From: Candidatus Zixiibacteriota bacterium
GTDB lineage: Bacteria > Zixibacteria > MSB-5A5 > CAIYYT01
Assembly (NCBI GenBank): GCA_020853795.1
Contig: JADYYF010000136.1
Coordinates: forward strand, 5,705 to 69,704
Direction: 5' to 3'
DNA: 64,000 nucleotides
The translations under genes and the position numbers were made by a program. This document shows positions 49,761 to 58,927 of this stretch, in pieces. The first letter of the stretch is position 1. Each line of letters begins with the position of its first letter. The notes below the pieces were generated by a model. That model searched no databases. It was given only the letters and a program-made list of their open reading frames with translations, and was not told the origin of the DNA.

Positions 49761-52706
49761 CTACTTGAGCAGCATCATCTTGCGCACTTCCGTCCGCTGA
49801 GCCGTAGTTAAGCGGTAGAAGTAAACGCCGGAGGCAACCTCGTTGCCGGAATCGTCGAGGCCGTACCATTGGACGATGTGAGTGCCGGCGGGACGGTCGG
49901 CATCCAGCAAGGTGGCGACAGATTGCCCGAGCGTGTTGATCACTTCGAGGCGCACGGCGCCGGCACGCGGCAGGGCAAATTCGATTTGCGTCATCGGATT
50001 GAAAGGATTCGGGTAGTTTTGCGCCAGGGCAAAGTCGCCCGGCAGCGGAAGGTCGTCGTCTTCCACCGGCGTAGCCTGACGATAGATGGACTTCGCCCGC
50101 TGCGCGTAGCCCTTGAGTTCGTTGAGCGTGCGCGCGCCAATGATGGCGAAGGCGGCGGTATCCGAGGCACCGGGAGCAAGGTTGAACGGGCCGGTGGCGA
50201 TCGAGTAGGAACGGTCGGGAAGGATGTTGATGGTGTCGGCGTCGTGGAGCGTCAGCATCTGATACTTCTCCGCCTCGCTGACGCCGTCGTAGATCACCTC
50301 GGAGTTCGGGATGATGTAGTATGACGAAACACCTTCGGGATTGAGTACGGCGGTGCCGCGATAGTCGAGGTAGTTGTTCCGCCACATATAGCCGAGATCG
50401 AGATCGGCGACATAACCGGCACGATCCTGTCCGGAATTGGGCGGGAAATCCCAGTCGAAGTAGAGAGCGACGTAGAGGTCATTGAGTGCCGTATCGTTGT
50501 CGTTGACGATGGCATATTCCATGATTACGTAGTTGGCGTCGAGTGCGCCGAGGAAGCTGGCGGTGCGCTGTTCGACCGTGATGCCCAAGGGACGGCGGGC
50601 CAGATCATCGTGGAAGCGGGAGTAGGTTTCGCGATCGCCGAGGATGCCGTTGACAGTTGTGGTCAGGTTGCCGCCGGGAGCCACGGAGAAGTCTTCGTCG
50701 ATCGAGTTGATTTCGTTGGTGATTCCGTCCGAGACGCCGAGAGCGCTGTTGCCGATCAGCAGACCGCATTGATAGAGATTGTTGATGCCGGTCTTGGGGA
50801 ACAGAAAGCCGACACCGCCCTGATTGCTGGCGGAGCCGGGCGCCAGGCCGTAGCTGCCGTAGTTGGAGATCGTAAATTGAATGCTGTCGGAGCTATGCGT
50901 ATAGCGCGACTTGACCAATCCGGCTCCGACGGTGAAGTAGAGGCGCAGAGTCTTCTGGTACGCACCGCCGCCGCCGCTGATGAGCAGGTCAACCGCCACC
51001 TGGGTGCCGTCGACGAGGTTGTTGGCGAATTGCACGACGAAGGGATCGGCAGAGTTGTCGGCCGTGGCGTTCAGCGGCAGGTTGCCGAAAACGGAGGAGC
51101 CCTCGTCAATGGTCAAGCCGGATTCGGGGTTCGCGAGGGTTCCGGAAACCCCGAGCACGCCGAGGCCGGAATTGCGGAGAGTGACGCGCACTTCCAAGGT
51201 CATGCCAGGTTGAATCGGGCTGTGCTCGACCGCCTTGACGTAAATGTTGGTTTCATCGTTCGGCGGGAGCGCGGCCAGCGCGGCGGGGATATTGATGAGT
51301 CCCATGCCGGCGGAATTGTCCTCGCCGAGGGTGCCGATATCGGTAGCCGTATTCAGGAGCGCCAGTTTGATTTCATCCGCGGTGGCATTGGGATTGTATT
51401 GCCGCAGAAGCGCGACGGCGCCGGCGACATGGGGTGCTGCGAAGGACGTGCCGGAGACCAGAGTGTAGTACGACGTACCGCTCCACGGAGTAGTCGTGCG
51501 GACCGCCTGACCGGGGGCGACAACTTCCGGCTTGATCGAGGTGCCGTTACAATCGGACGGACCACGGCTGGAACTGATCCAGACAACTTCGCCCAAGGTA
51601 TCGGTAGCGCCGACCGAGAAGGTATTGATCGGCGAGGTCGCACGGTTGGCGGGATTGCGAATGGTGGCGGAGTTGGGACCCTCATTGCCGCAGGCAAAGA
51701 CTACAACCGTGCCGAGCGCTTCGAGGTTGTCGATCACTTGCCAGAAGACATCGGAACAATCAAGAACGCTTTGTTTGAAGCCCCAGGAGTTATTGAGCGC
51801 ATCGGGGACATCCTCGATGGTGTTGGGATTGCCATCGGGATCGGCGGCCCACTGAAATGCCTGGAGGTAGTTGGCGCCGGGGATATCGACGACGCGGGCG
51901 CTAATCCATTGGGCGCCGAAAGCAACGCCGGTGGTATCGCCGGTGGCGTCGTTCTTCCCGACCATGACGCCCATGGTGTGAGTGCCGTGCTTGCCGGGAT
52001 CGCTCATTGCGGGATCCCAGGTGGGGGTTTCATTCTGATAGACGGGGTCAAACCAAGACTGCTGACCGGGATGTGTCAGGCCACGCCAGGACGAAGCGAG
52101 TGCCGGATGCGTTCCGTCCACACCAGTATCAAATGAGGCGATGAGTCTTCCCTGTCCCGTATACCCCATCTGCCACATTTCGCGGGCTCCGATTGCATCA
52201 AGTCCGGGGGACGATCCAGCCTGAGAAGCGAGGACAGTCTCGACCTGATTGGGATTGGCCAGTGCCGTCGGCGGGACGTCAGGTATAATTGCTTCAATAT
52301 CAGGGCGTTGTGCCAACCGCTCGATGATCGACTTAGTCGCGGTGACCTTCATGGCATTGGCGATCCAGTAGGATTCCACAAGAGAGACATTGCCGGAGGT
52401 CCGAGCCTGAGCCAGCAATTCACGAACGGAGGATTGCTTCTCGTCGGCAAAGCGCTCCAATTCTGTAATGAGGAGCGAATGTGCCGCCTGACGGGTAAAA
52501 GCGCTGAGTTTATATTGAGCCTGCACCTGCTTGATATCGAGCTGGTCTTTGAAGAAAGCGAGAACGGAGACCTGGTCGTCCGGAGCTGCGTGAGTCAGCT
52601 GGTCGAGCAGAGCGTCGGAGATTTTTGCGCCAAGGGTGCTTGAGTAGGAGCCAGGCCCCCCGATGACGAGCAGGCCCACAAGCAGAAAACGACAGAAGAC
52701 ACTCAT
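49761..52706 (-). CDS. secreted S8 (subtilisin-family) serine peptidase with a type IX secretion (Por) C-terminal sorting domain
   Basis: Subtilase catalytic Asp/His/Ser regions are present (DTGVD, HGTHTMG, GTSFAAPHVAG). The C-terminus QNYPNPFNP...VYFYRL matches the T9SS CTD. 981 aa. Confidence 0.85.
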   Translation of the reverse strand: MSVFCRFLLVGLLVIGGPGSYSSTLGAKISDALLDQLTHAAPDDQVSVLAFFKDQLDIKQVQAQYKLSAFTRQAAHSLLITELERFADEKQSSVRELLAQARTSGNVSLVESYWIANAMKVTATKSIIERLAQRPDIEAIIPDVPPTALANPNQVETVLASQAGSSPGLDAIGAREMWQMGYTGQGRLIASFDTGVDGTHPALASSWRGLTHPGQQSWFDPVYQNETPTWDPAMSDPGKHGTHTMGVMVGKNDATGDTTGVAFGAQWISARVVDIPGANYLQAFQWAADPDGNPNTIEDVPDALNNSWGFKQSVLDCSDVFWQVIDNLEALGTVVVFACGNEGPNSATIRNPANRATSPINTFSVGATDTLGEVVWISSSRGPSDCNGTSIKPEVVAPGQAVRTTTPWSGTSYYTLVSGTSFAAPHVAGAVALLRQYNPNATADEIKLALLNTATDIGTLGEDNSAGMGLINIPAALAALPPNDETNIYVKAVEHSPIQPGMTLEVRVTLRNSGLGVLGVSGTLANPESGLTIDEGSSVFGNLPLNATADNSADPFVVQFANNLVDGTQVAVDLLISGGGGAYQKTLRLYFTVGAGLVKSRYTHSSDSIQFTISNYGSYGLAPGSASNQGGVGFLFPKTGINNLYQCGLLIGNSALGVSDGITNEINSIDEDFSVAPGGNLTTTVNGILGDRETYSRFHDDLARRPLGITVEQRTASFLGALDANYVIMEYAIVNDNDTALNDLYVALYFDWDFPPNSGQDRAGYVADLDLGYMWRNNYLDYRGTAVLNPEGVSSYYIIPNSEVIYDGVSEAEKYQMLTLHDADTINILPDRSYSIATGPFNLAPGASDTAAFAIIGARTLNELKGYAQRAKSIYRQATPVEDDDLPLPGDFALAQNYPNPFNPMTQIEFALPRAGAVRLEVINTLGQSVATLLDADRPAGTHIVQWYGLDDSGNEVASGVYFYRLTTAQRTEVRKMMLLK

Positions 52707-52893
52707 CCTATCCTTATGAAGCAGCGAAGATTATGCCTGATGCAGCGATTGCCGCATAAAATCGGCCAGAATCCCTATCTGCTTATCGTCTAATATGTTA
52801 AACGTACTGCCGAGGTCGGTTGTGCAATCGCCTCGACGGTCGAATTTGAAGCCTCGTGCAATCGCTTGCACTTAGTGTGCCAGCAATGACAAT

Positions 52894-53307
52894 TCAAATC
52901 TTGACGGCGGTACCCGATGCGGTCACCAGCAGCATTCCCTGGCGGATGACCTCATAATCGATGTCGACGCCGACGACGGCGTTGCCGCCGAGCTTGGCGG
53001 CTTCATCCTGCATTTCTTTGAGGGCGATATGGCGCGCCTTGATGAGCTCGTTTTCGTAGGTTGCCGAGCGACCGCCGACGATATCGGTGACGGTAGCGAA
53101 GAGATCCTTGACGATATTCGCTCCCATGACTGCTTCCCCGGCGACGACGCCAAGATATTCGCGGACGGGGCGTCCTTCGACTGATGGTGTGGTCGTGATA
53201 ATCACGCCGTTCTTTCCTCCAAGAGATTGGTCCAGAACTATGAATATAGTCCGGCACTGGTCTGAAAGCAATTGGAATGCGGGGACAGCTGACTCATTGG
53301 CGGACAA
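52894..53307 (-). CDS. YbjQ/UPF0145-family protein
   Basis: ITTTPSVEG...[17 protein letters not shown]...DIVGGRS..YE is collinear with the E. coli YbjQ sequence. Confidence 0.7.
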   Translation of the reverse strand: MSANESAVPAFQLLSDQCRTIFIVLDQSLGGKNGVIITTTPSVEGRPVREYLGVVAGEAVMGANIVKDLFATVTDIVGGRSATYENELIKARHIALKEMQDEAAKLGGNAVVGVDIDYEVIRQGMLLVTASGTAVKI

Positions 53308-53627
53308 AAATTGCTTTGTTGATCCATAAGGCTATATTATTTTAAAGAAAGCGCACCAATCTCGATAGTTTCATCAACCGCGACGGATTCACGGCCTAAG
53401 GCAGGTAGGTGTGTGGTCAGCGACCCGAGCCAGGAGGTGATTGTGGTCTCGCAGTGCACGATCCGCGGCTATTGTTGGACAAGGCGGGCGATTGGTTGCA
53501 GCAGTCGCAGGGTGAGGAATTTCGGTCCACACATGCGGTACGCACTCGACCAAAAGACCAGCTCAGCATGCAGAGTTCTCCGAGTGAATGCTTCCTGCAC
53601 TTCGGTGTCCAGACTGAAGGACGTAGT

Positions 53628-54203
53628 ATGAGGCTCTGTTATCTAATGCTTCTCGCACTCACTCCATTGCCGGTCATCCTTGGTTGTGCGGGCATGAGGA
53701 CAGCGACGGGGCAGGCTGAAGTTCTCGTTCCTCTGCAGGTTCCCGTAGACAGCGCTGCACAGTGTTATGTCGCCGGATGGGAATATGTTCCATCGACCGG
53801 CAGACGCCAACCCTCGAGTTCTACGACGAGATGGTATCGCAAGACCATGATGCGAGCGCTGGACGAGGAGAAGATCTTCGCTGGAACTGCATCACGAGCA
53901 GACGGCGAGCGCTATTGGGTCACCTGCATAGTGGAAAGCACGGCGGTGGGAATCGATCGCAGGAGGCGTGACCCAACGCCGGCTCTTCATGTTCCCCGCG
54001 CCCAGGAACAGCCGCGACGGACGGCACAGCCGAGTTACTACGAGAGTGCAGTGGAATATCCCACAGTCGTGCTGATCAGTCTGGTAGATGAAACTACCGA
54101 CAAAACTCTTTTCATGGTGCGGATCAAACACTGCGACTATCGAGAGCGATTTGCCGCGCTATTAGGCGCAGCCGTCAGAGAGTTGAGATCAAGTGGACCA
54201 TGA
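53628..54203 (+). CDS. hypothetical lipoprotein (lipobox ILGCAG)
   Basis: The internal ATG at 53628 follows a GAAGGA Shine-Dalgarno and begins a signal peptide MRLCYLMLLALTPLPVILGCAG. The upstream part of the ORF-track frame is not supported. Confidence 0.55.
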   Translation: MRLCYLMLLALTPLPVILGCAGMRTATGQAEVLVPLQVPVDSAAQCYVAGWEYVPSTGRRQPSSSTTRWYRKTMMRALDEEKIFAGTASRADGERYWVTCIVESTAVGIDRRRRDPTPALHVPRAQEQPRRTAQPSYYESAVEYPTVVLISLVDETTDKTLFMVRIKHCDYRERFAALLGAAVRELRSSGP

Positions 54204-54324
54204 TAAATCTTACGAGTGACGTTCGATTGCGGCCATATCTGCGCGTCGTCGAAGCGGCTGACACGATTGCGGCCGTACGCGCTATCGCCGCGTTCGATCG
54301 AAGATGTGAAAGGCAGGATCACAA

Positions 54325-56223
54325 ATGAACTGGTTACGCTCCGGTCGTGTGCCAACAGCAGCGCTAATGCTACTGCTGGCGACAGCCGTGGCTGTCAAAG
54401 CCCAGGCACACGCAGGAACAATCCGGCTCGCGGTAGACGCGTCCGAAGCGCCACGGAGAATTATCCACGCCGTCGAGATCATTCCCGTAGCGTCGGGGCC
54501 TCTGACACTTCGTTATCCGAAGTGGATTCCTGGAGAGCATGCTCCCAGCGGGCCGATCGCCGATCTGGTGTCGGTGCGCATTTCCGCGGCGGGACAAGCC
54601 CTGTTGTGGCGGCGCGAGCCCGCTGATATGTATGCAATCAATCTCACGGTGCCGACAGGATCAGACAGCATCGAAGTGATGCTGGACTTTGTAACTCCGC
54701 CGCCGCAGACGGCCGGATTCACTTCCGGTGCATCGGCGACCCTGGAGCTGGCTGTGATCAACTGGAACCAAATCGTCCTCTATCCTGACTCACAGCCAAG
54801 TGACAGCATTGTTTGCGCTCCGAGTATCAAACTCCCGGCCGGCTGGAAATTCGCGACTGCGCTCGAACAGGAATCTTCCACAGGGGCGGTCGTTGCGTTT
54901 CGACCCGTCAACCTGACGACTCTGGTGGATTCGCCGCTTCTGACCGGTGCACACTTTCGACGCATCGACATTTCACCGGCAGTGGGCGAATCCCATTTCA
55001 TCGACCTCATTGCCGACGGTGAAGCCGCGCTGGCAATGCCGGAGTGGCAAGTCGCCGCATACAAGCGACTGGTGCTGGAGGAAAGTGCGATGTTTGGAGC
55101 CCGGCACTACAACCAGTATGACTTTCTCGTCTCGCTCAGCAGTCAGATTGCCAACTTTGGTCTCGAACATCATCAGTGCAGCGACGACCGCATGCCGGCA
55201 CGTGCCGTGATCGACAGCAGTCTGCAGCGCCTCTGGTCCAGTTTGTTGCCGCATGAATTTGCGTACTCGTGGAACGGCAAGTATCGCCGCCCCGCCGACC
55301 TCGGTGGCGCGGATTTCCAAGCCCCGATGAGCGGGAACCTGCTGTGGGTTTACGAGGGCTTCACGACCTATCTGGGGGAAGTTCTGGCCGCGCGCTCAGG
55401 ACTCGCGTCAGCAGAGGATTTCCGCGAGGAATTGGCGCTGCTGGCGGCTCGCCTGAGTCATCTCCCGGGCCGGACGTGGCGCTCGCTGCAAGATGATGCC
55501 GACGCGGCGCAAATCCTTTACGGATCTCGCGCGGACTGGCAGTCACTGCGCCGCACCGTTGATTTTTATGACGAGAGCTACTTGATCTGGCTTGAGGCGG
55601 ATGTCCTTGTACGGACCCAGACGGGCGGTCAGAAGTCATTGGATGATTTCTGCCGTTCCTTTTTCGGCGGCCGCGACAGCGGGCCAGCGCTGGCGACATA
55701 CCATCGTGCCGACGTCATCGCAGCCCTCAATGCGATTTACACTTACGACTGGGACGACTTCTTCTCGCAACGACTCGAGTCCGTCGCGGCGCAGGCACCG
55801 CTGGCGGGCATTGAGCAAGGCGGCTGGAAGCTGGTATATCGGGAGCTTGCCGGCCCGCTGCAAGAAGCGGTTGAGAATACGAATCACAGCATCGACGCCA
55901 GGTATTCCCTTGGTCTCGACCTGAAAGAGGACGGCACGTTAGTTGATGTGATTCCCGAATCGCCGGCGGCCCGGGCAGGACTGGCGCCGGGAATGAAGCT
56001 CGTTGCCATTGATGGTCGCCGGTTCTCCAAGGAGATCTTCCGCGATATGATGAAGGTAGCCAAGACGAGCAAGGATCCGATCGAACTGCTGGCAAGTGAC
56101 GGTGATTTCTTCCGCAGTTATGAAGTGGACTACCACGCCGGCGAGAAATATCCATGGCTTGAGCGCGATGTCAGCAAGCCGGATGTACTCGCAGAAATCA
56201 TCAAGCCGATTGCCCAGAGATGA
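54325..56223 (+). CDS. secreted M61-family (glycyl aminopeptidase-like) metallopeptidase with C-terminal PDZ domain
   Basis: The HEFAYSWN motif is M61-like. The C-terminal region GLDLKEDGTLVDVIPESPAARAGLAPGMKLVAIDG is PDZ-like. Signal peptide present. 632 aa. Confidence 0.65.
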   Translation: MNWLRSGRVPTAALMLLLATAVAVKAQAHAGTIRLAVDASEAPRRIIHAVEIIPVASGPLTLRYPKWIPGEHAPSGPIADLVSVRISAAGQALLWRREPADMYAINLTVPTGSDSIEVMLDFVTPPPQTAGFTSGASATLELAVINWNQIVLYPDSQPSDSIVCAPSIKLPAGWKFATALEQESSTGAVVAFRPVNLTTLVDSPLLTGAHFRRIDISPAVGESHFIDLIADGEAALAMPEWQVAAYKRLVLEESAMFGARHYNQYDFLVSLSSQIANFGLEHHQCSDDRMPARAVIDSSLQRLWSSLLPHEFAYSWNGKYRRPADLGGADFQAPMSGNLLWVYEGFTTYLGEVLAARSGLASAEDFREELALLAARLSHLPGRTWRSLQDDADAAQILYGSRADWQSLRRTVDFYDESYLIWLEADVLVRTQTGGQKSLDDFCRSFFGGRDSGPALATYHRADVIAALNAIYTYDWDDFFSQRLESVAAQAPLAGIEQGGWKLVYRELAGPLQEAVENTNHSIDARYSLGLDLKEDGTLVDVIPESPAARAGLAPGMKLVAIDGRRFSKEIFRDMMKVAKTSKDPIELLASDGDFFRSYEVDYHAGEKYPWLERDVSKPDVLAEIIKPIAQR

Positions 56224-56269
56224 GCCTGCAACTGCGAGGAGTTTGGCATCGAGCACGCACGAGGTACTT

Positions 56270-58927
56270 GTGATTTCTGACGACGACCGAACCCAGGAAG
56301 TGATGGTGCTGACGCAGGGCACCATGATCAATCACTACCGGATCGTGAGGAAGATCGGATCCGGCGGCATGGGGGACGTCTACCTCGCCGAAGACACCGC
56401 GCTCAATCGCCGGGTGGCGCTGAAGTTTCTCGCCTGGAATCTCTGTCAAAGTGTTGAATGTCGCGCGCGCTTCAAACAGGAGGCGCAAGCAGCGGCCAAG
56501 CTGGGCCACGCCAACATCGTGGCCGTGCATGAGGTGGGAGAATTTCAGGAGCGGCCGTTTTTCGCAATGGAATTCGTCGAGGGGCAGCCGCTCGACAAGA
56601 TCATCGAATCCGGTCCGCTGGCGGAACGCGAGGTGATTGAGCTGGCGCTGGGCATCTGCAACGGTCTTCGGAAAGCCCACGAGTCCGGCGTGATTCATCG
56701 GGACGTCAAACCGTCCAACATCATAGTCGATCATGACAGCGTCCCGCGGCTGCTTGATTTCGGGCTGGCGGCGCTGGGTGGAACGGAAGGCCGGGGCGAG
56801 TCCAGCTCGATTCTCGGTACGATCGGCTACATGTCTCCGGAACAGGTGCAGGGGGAACCCTCCGACCACCGCTCCGACCTTTTCTCGCTGGGTGTCGTGC
56901 TCTACGAAGCGATCAGCGGCAATTCGCCGTTTCGCGGCGCGACGGCGCCGGCGACGCTGAATGCCATTGCGCAGAAGACGCCCGAGCCATTGGCTCGATA
57001 TAAGGCCGACGTGGTGCCGGAACTGCAGCGCATCGTGTCGAAGCTGCTGCAGAAGGATCCGGCACAGCGCTATCAAGCGGCAGCGGAGGTGATCGACGAT
57101 CTGGAGCGCCTGAAATTCGAGCGGCAGTCGGGCGCGCGCGTGCCGGCGAAGACGCGGCGAAGAAGACGGCTCACCATTGTCGCAGTGGTGCTTGCCCTGC
57201 TGGCGGTGGCGACGTACGCCGTCGTCAAGCACGGCCTCCCCGGAGCCGGAAATTCACCGACGCCCCGCAAGATGCTGGCGGTGCTACCGTTCGAAAATCT
57301 GGGGGCTCCCGATGATGAGTACTTCGCCGACGGAATGACCGAGGAAATCACGACGGACCTGGCGGCACTCTCCGGACTGGGCGTGATCTCGCGCACGAGT
57401 TCGATGCAGTACAAAAAGACAAAGAAGAGCCTGCGACAAATCGGCAAGGAGTTGGACGTCGACTACATACTGGAGGGGACGATTCGCTGGGAGCGGCAAG
57501 GCGCGGAAAGCCGTGTCCGGATCAATCCCTATTTGATCAGGGTGTCCGACGATCTGCACTTGTGGGCGGACAAGTACGATGCCGTGCTCACTGATGTTTT
57601 CTCGGTGCAATCGGCGATCGCGCACGAAGTCGCGACCGCGCTGGAGATCACGCTGCTGCAAGGCGAGCAAGAGGCGTTAGCGCGCAAGCGGGAGATCGAC
57701 CCTTTGGCCTACGAGTACTATCTGAAGGGCAAGCAGTATTTCTCGATTGCGGGCTTTCAGCAGAAGGAGGCGCGGCTGGCGGAACGGATGCAGTGGCGGG
57801 CGATCGAACAAGCACCGGAGTTCGCGGAGGCTTACGCGGAATTGGGCTGCATTTACACGGAGCTGTACTGGAGCCAACCCAACCAGCCGCGGCAGCTTCT
57901 GGATAGCGCGCAGAGAATGATCGATAAGGCCGCGCAGCTGGCGCCGAATCTGCCCGAGACGCATCAGGCTCGAGGCTGGTACTATTATCACGGCCGGCAT
58001 GACTTCGATCGCGCCCTGGAGGAATTCGAGCGGGTAATCGCATTGCAACCGAACAATGTGCTGGCAAAGGCGAGCATTGCCTGGGTACAGCGGCGACAGG
58101 GGAAATGGGAGGAGGCGACGGCGGGACTCGAATCGGTGGTGCGACTCGATCCGCTCGATGATTGGTATCAATATGAGCTCGGCATGACCTATCATTGCCG
58201 TCGTCGCTATCGCGAGGCCATCGCGCAATTCGAGAAAGTTCTCGATTTGCAGCCCAGCCATCGTTGGGCCTATGTCGTCGAGTCCTGGTCAACCCTCAAT
58301 GAGACCGGTGATCTCAGCGCAGCGCGGGCGATACTTGAGCGGGGTCGAGCCGCCAACGGTCGGTGGCCGGAGCTAACCTGGCTGGAAGTCTACTACGACC
58401 TCTGCGAGCAGAAATACGATCAAGCGCTGAGCCTGCTGACAAAACGGGGCGACGTGTTGTCGCCGGAGAACCCTGACAGCTCGGATTACCATTTTCTGAA
58501 AGGGTTCACGTACGCTCTGATGGGACGGCTGCTTCCGGCCACAACTTCGCTCGACTCCGCGCGCCGGGAACTGGAGAGCAGGATGAAGGCTTCGGAGGCA
58601 ACCCCATCGCAGTTATCATCGATAGCAATTGTCTACGCCCAGCTGGGGCTGGCGGAGCAGGCGCTGGCAGCGGCCAATCGCGCGGTCGAGCTTAGTCCGG
58701 TGGCGAGGGATGCCCTGAGCGGCCCGACTTCCCTGCGCGCCTCAGCCTTCGTCTATGCAACGCTTGGGATGAAGGAGCGGGCGATCGAGACGATCGATCG
58801 GCTGCTGTCAATCCCCGCCAATGTGTCGGTGAAGACGCTGCGGATATCGCCGGAGTTACGGGCCCTCCACGGCGATCCCGGTTTTGAGACCGTGATGAAG
58901 AAACATGCGGAGGATGATGTCTCCTGA
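56270..58927 (+). CDS. Ser/Thr protein kinase with a TM helix, a TolB-N-terminal-like domain and TPR repeats
   Basis: Hanks kinase motifs: GSGGMGDVYLA, the catalytic Lys in ALKFL, HRDVKPSNI, DFGLA and GT.GYM.PE. The TM helix is RRRLTIVAVVLALLAV. The extracytoplasmic part contains LAVLPFENLG...FADGMTEEITTDL..L..LGVISR, followed by TPR repeats. Start placed at a GTG by alignment with the downstream paralog; uncertain by tens of nt. Confidence 0.75.
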   Translation: MISDDDRTQEVMVLTQGTMINHYRIVRKIGSGGMGDVYLAEDTALNRRVALKFLAWNLCQSVECRARFKQEAQAAAKLGHANIVAVHEVGEFQERPFFAMEFVEGQPLDKIIESGPLAEREVIELALGICNGLRKAHESGVIHRDVKPSNIIVDHDSVPRLLDFGLAALGGTEGRGESSSILGTIGYMSPEQVQGEPSDHRSDLFSLGVVLYEAISGNSPFRGATAPATLNAIAQKTPEPLARYKADVVPELQRIVSKLLQKDPAQRYQAAAEVIDDLERLKFERQSGARVPAKTRRRRRLTIVAVVLALLAVATYAVVKHGLPGAGNSPTPRKMLAVLPFENLGAPDDEYFADGMTEEITTDLAALSGLGVISRTSSMQYKKTKKSLRQIGKELDVDYILEGTIRWERQGAESRVRINPYLIRVSDDLHLWADKYDAVLTDVFSVQSAIAHEVATALEITLLQGEQEALARKREIDPLAYEYYLKGKQYFSIAGFQQKEARLAERMQWRAIEQAPEFAEAYAELGCIYTELYWSQPNQPRQLLDSAQRMIDKAAQLAPNLPETHQARGWYYYHGRHDFDRALEEFERVIALQPNNVLAKASIAWVQRRQGKWEEATAGLESVVRLDPLDDWYQYELGMTYHCRRRYREAIAQFEKVLDLQPSHRWAYVVESWSTLNETGDLSAARAILERGRAANGRWPELTWLEVYYDLCEQKYDQALSLLTKRGDVLSPENPDSSDYHFLKGFTYALMGRLLPATTSLDSARRELESRMKASEATPSQLSSIAIVYAQLGLAEQALAAANRAVELSPVARDALSGPTSLRASAFVYATLGMKERAIETIDRLLSIPANVSVKTLRISPELRALHGDPGFETVMKKHAEDDVS

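Noticed and set aside
47425-50385. Arg-rich minus-strand ORFs 47425..48048 and 49585..50385
   Set aside because: They are alternative frames of the HEAT-cyclophilin and S8 peptidase genes, with extreme Arg content and no start context.
56201-57232. 343-aa minus-strand ORF
   Set aside because: It is antisense to the first Ser/Thr kinase, whose Hanks motifs are intact.
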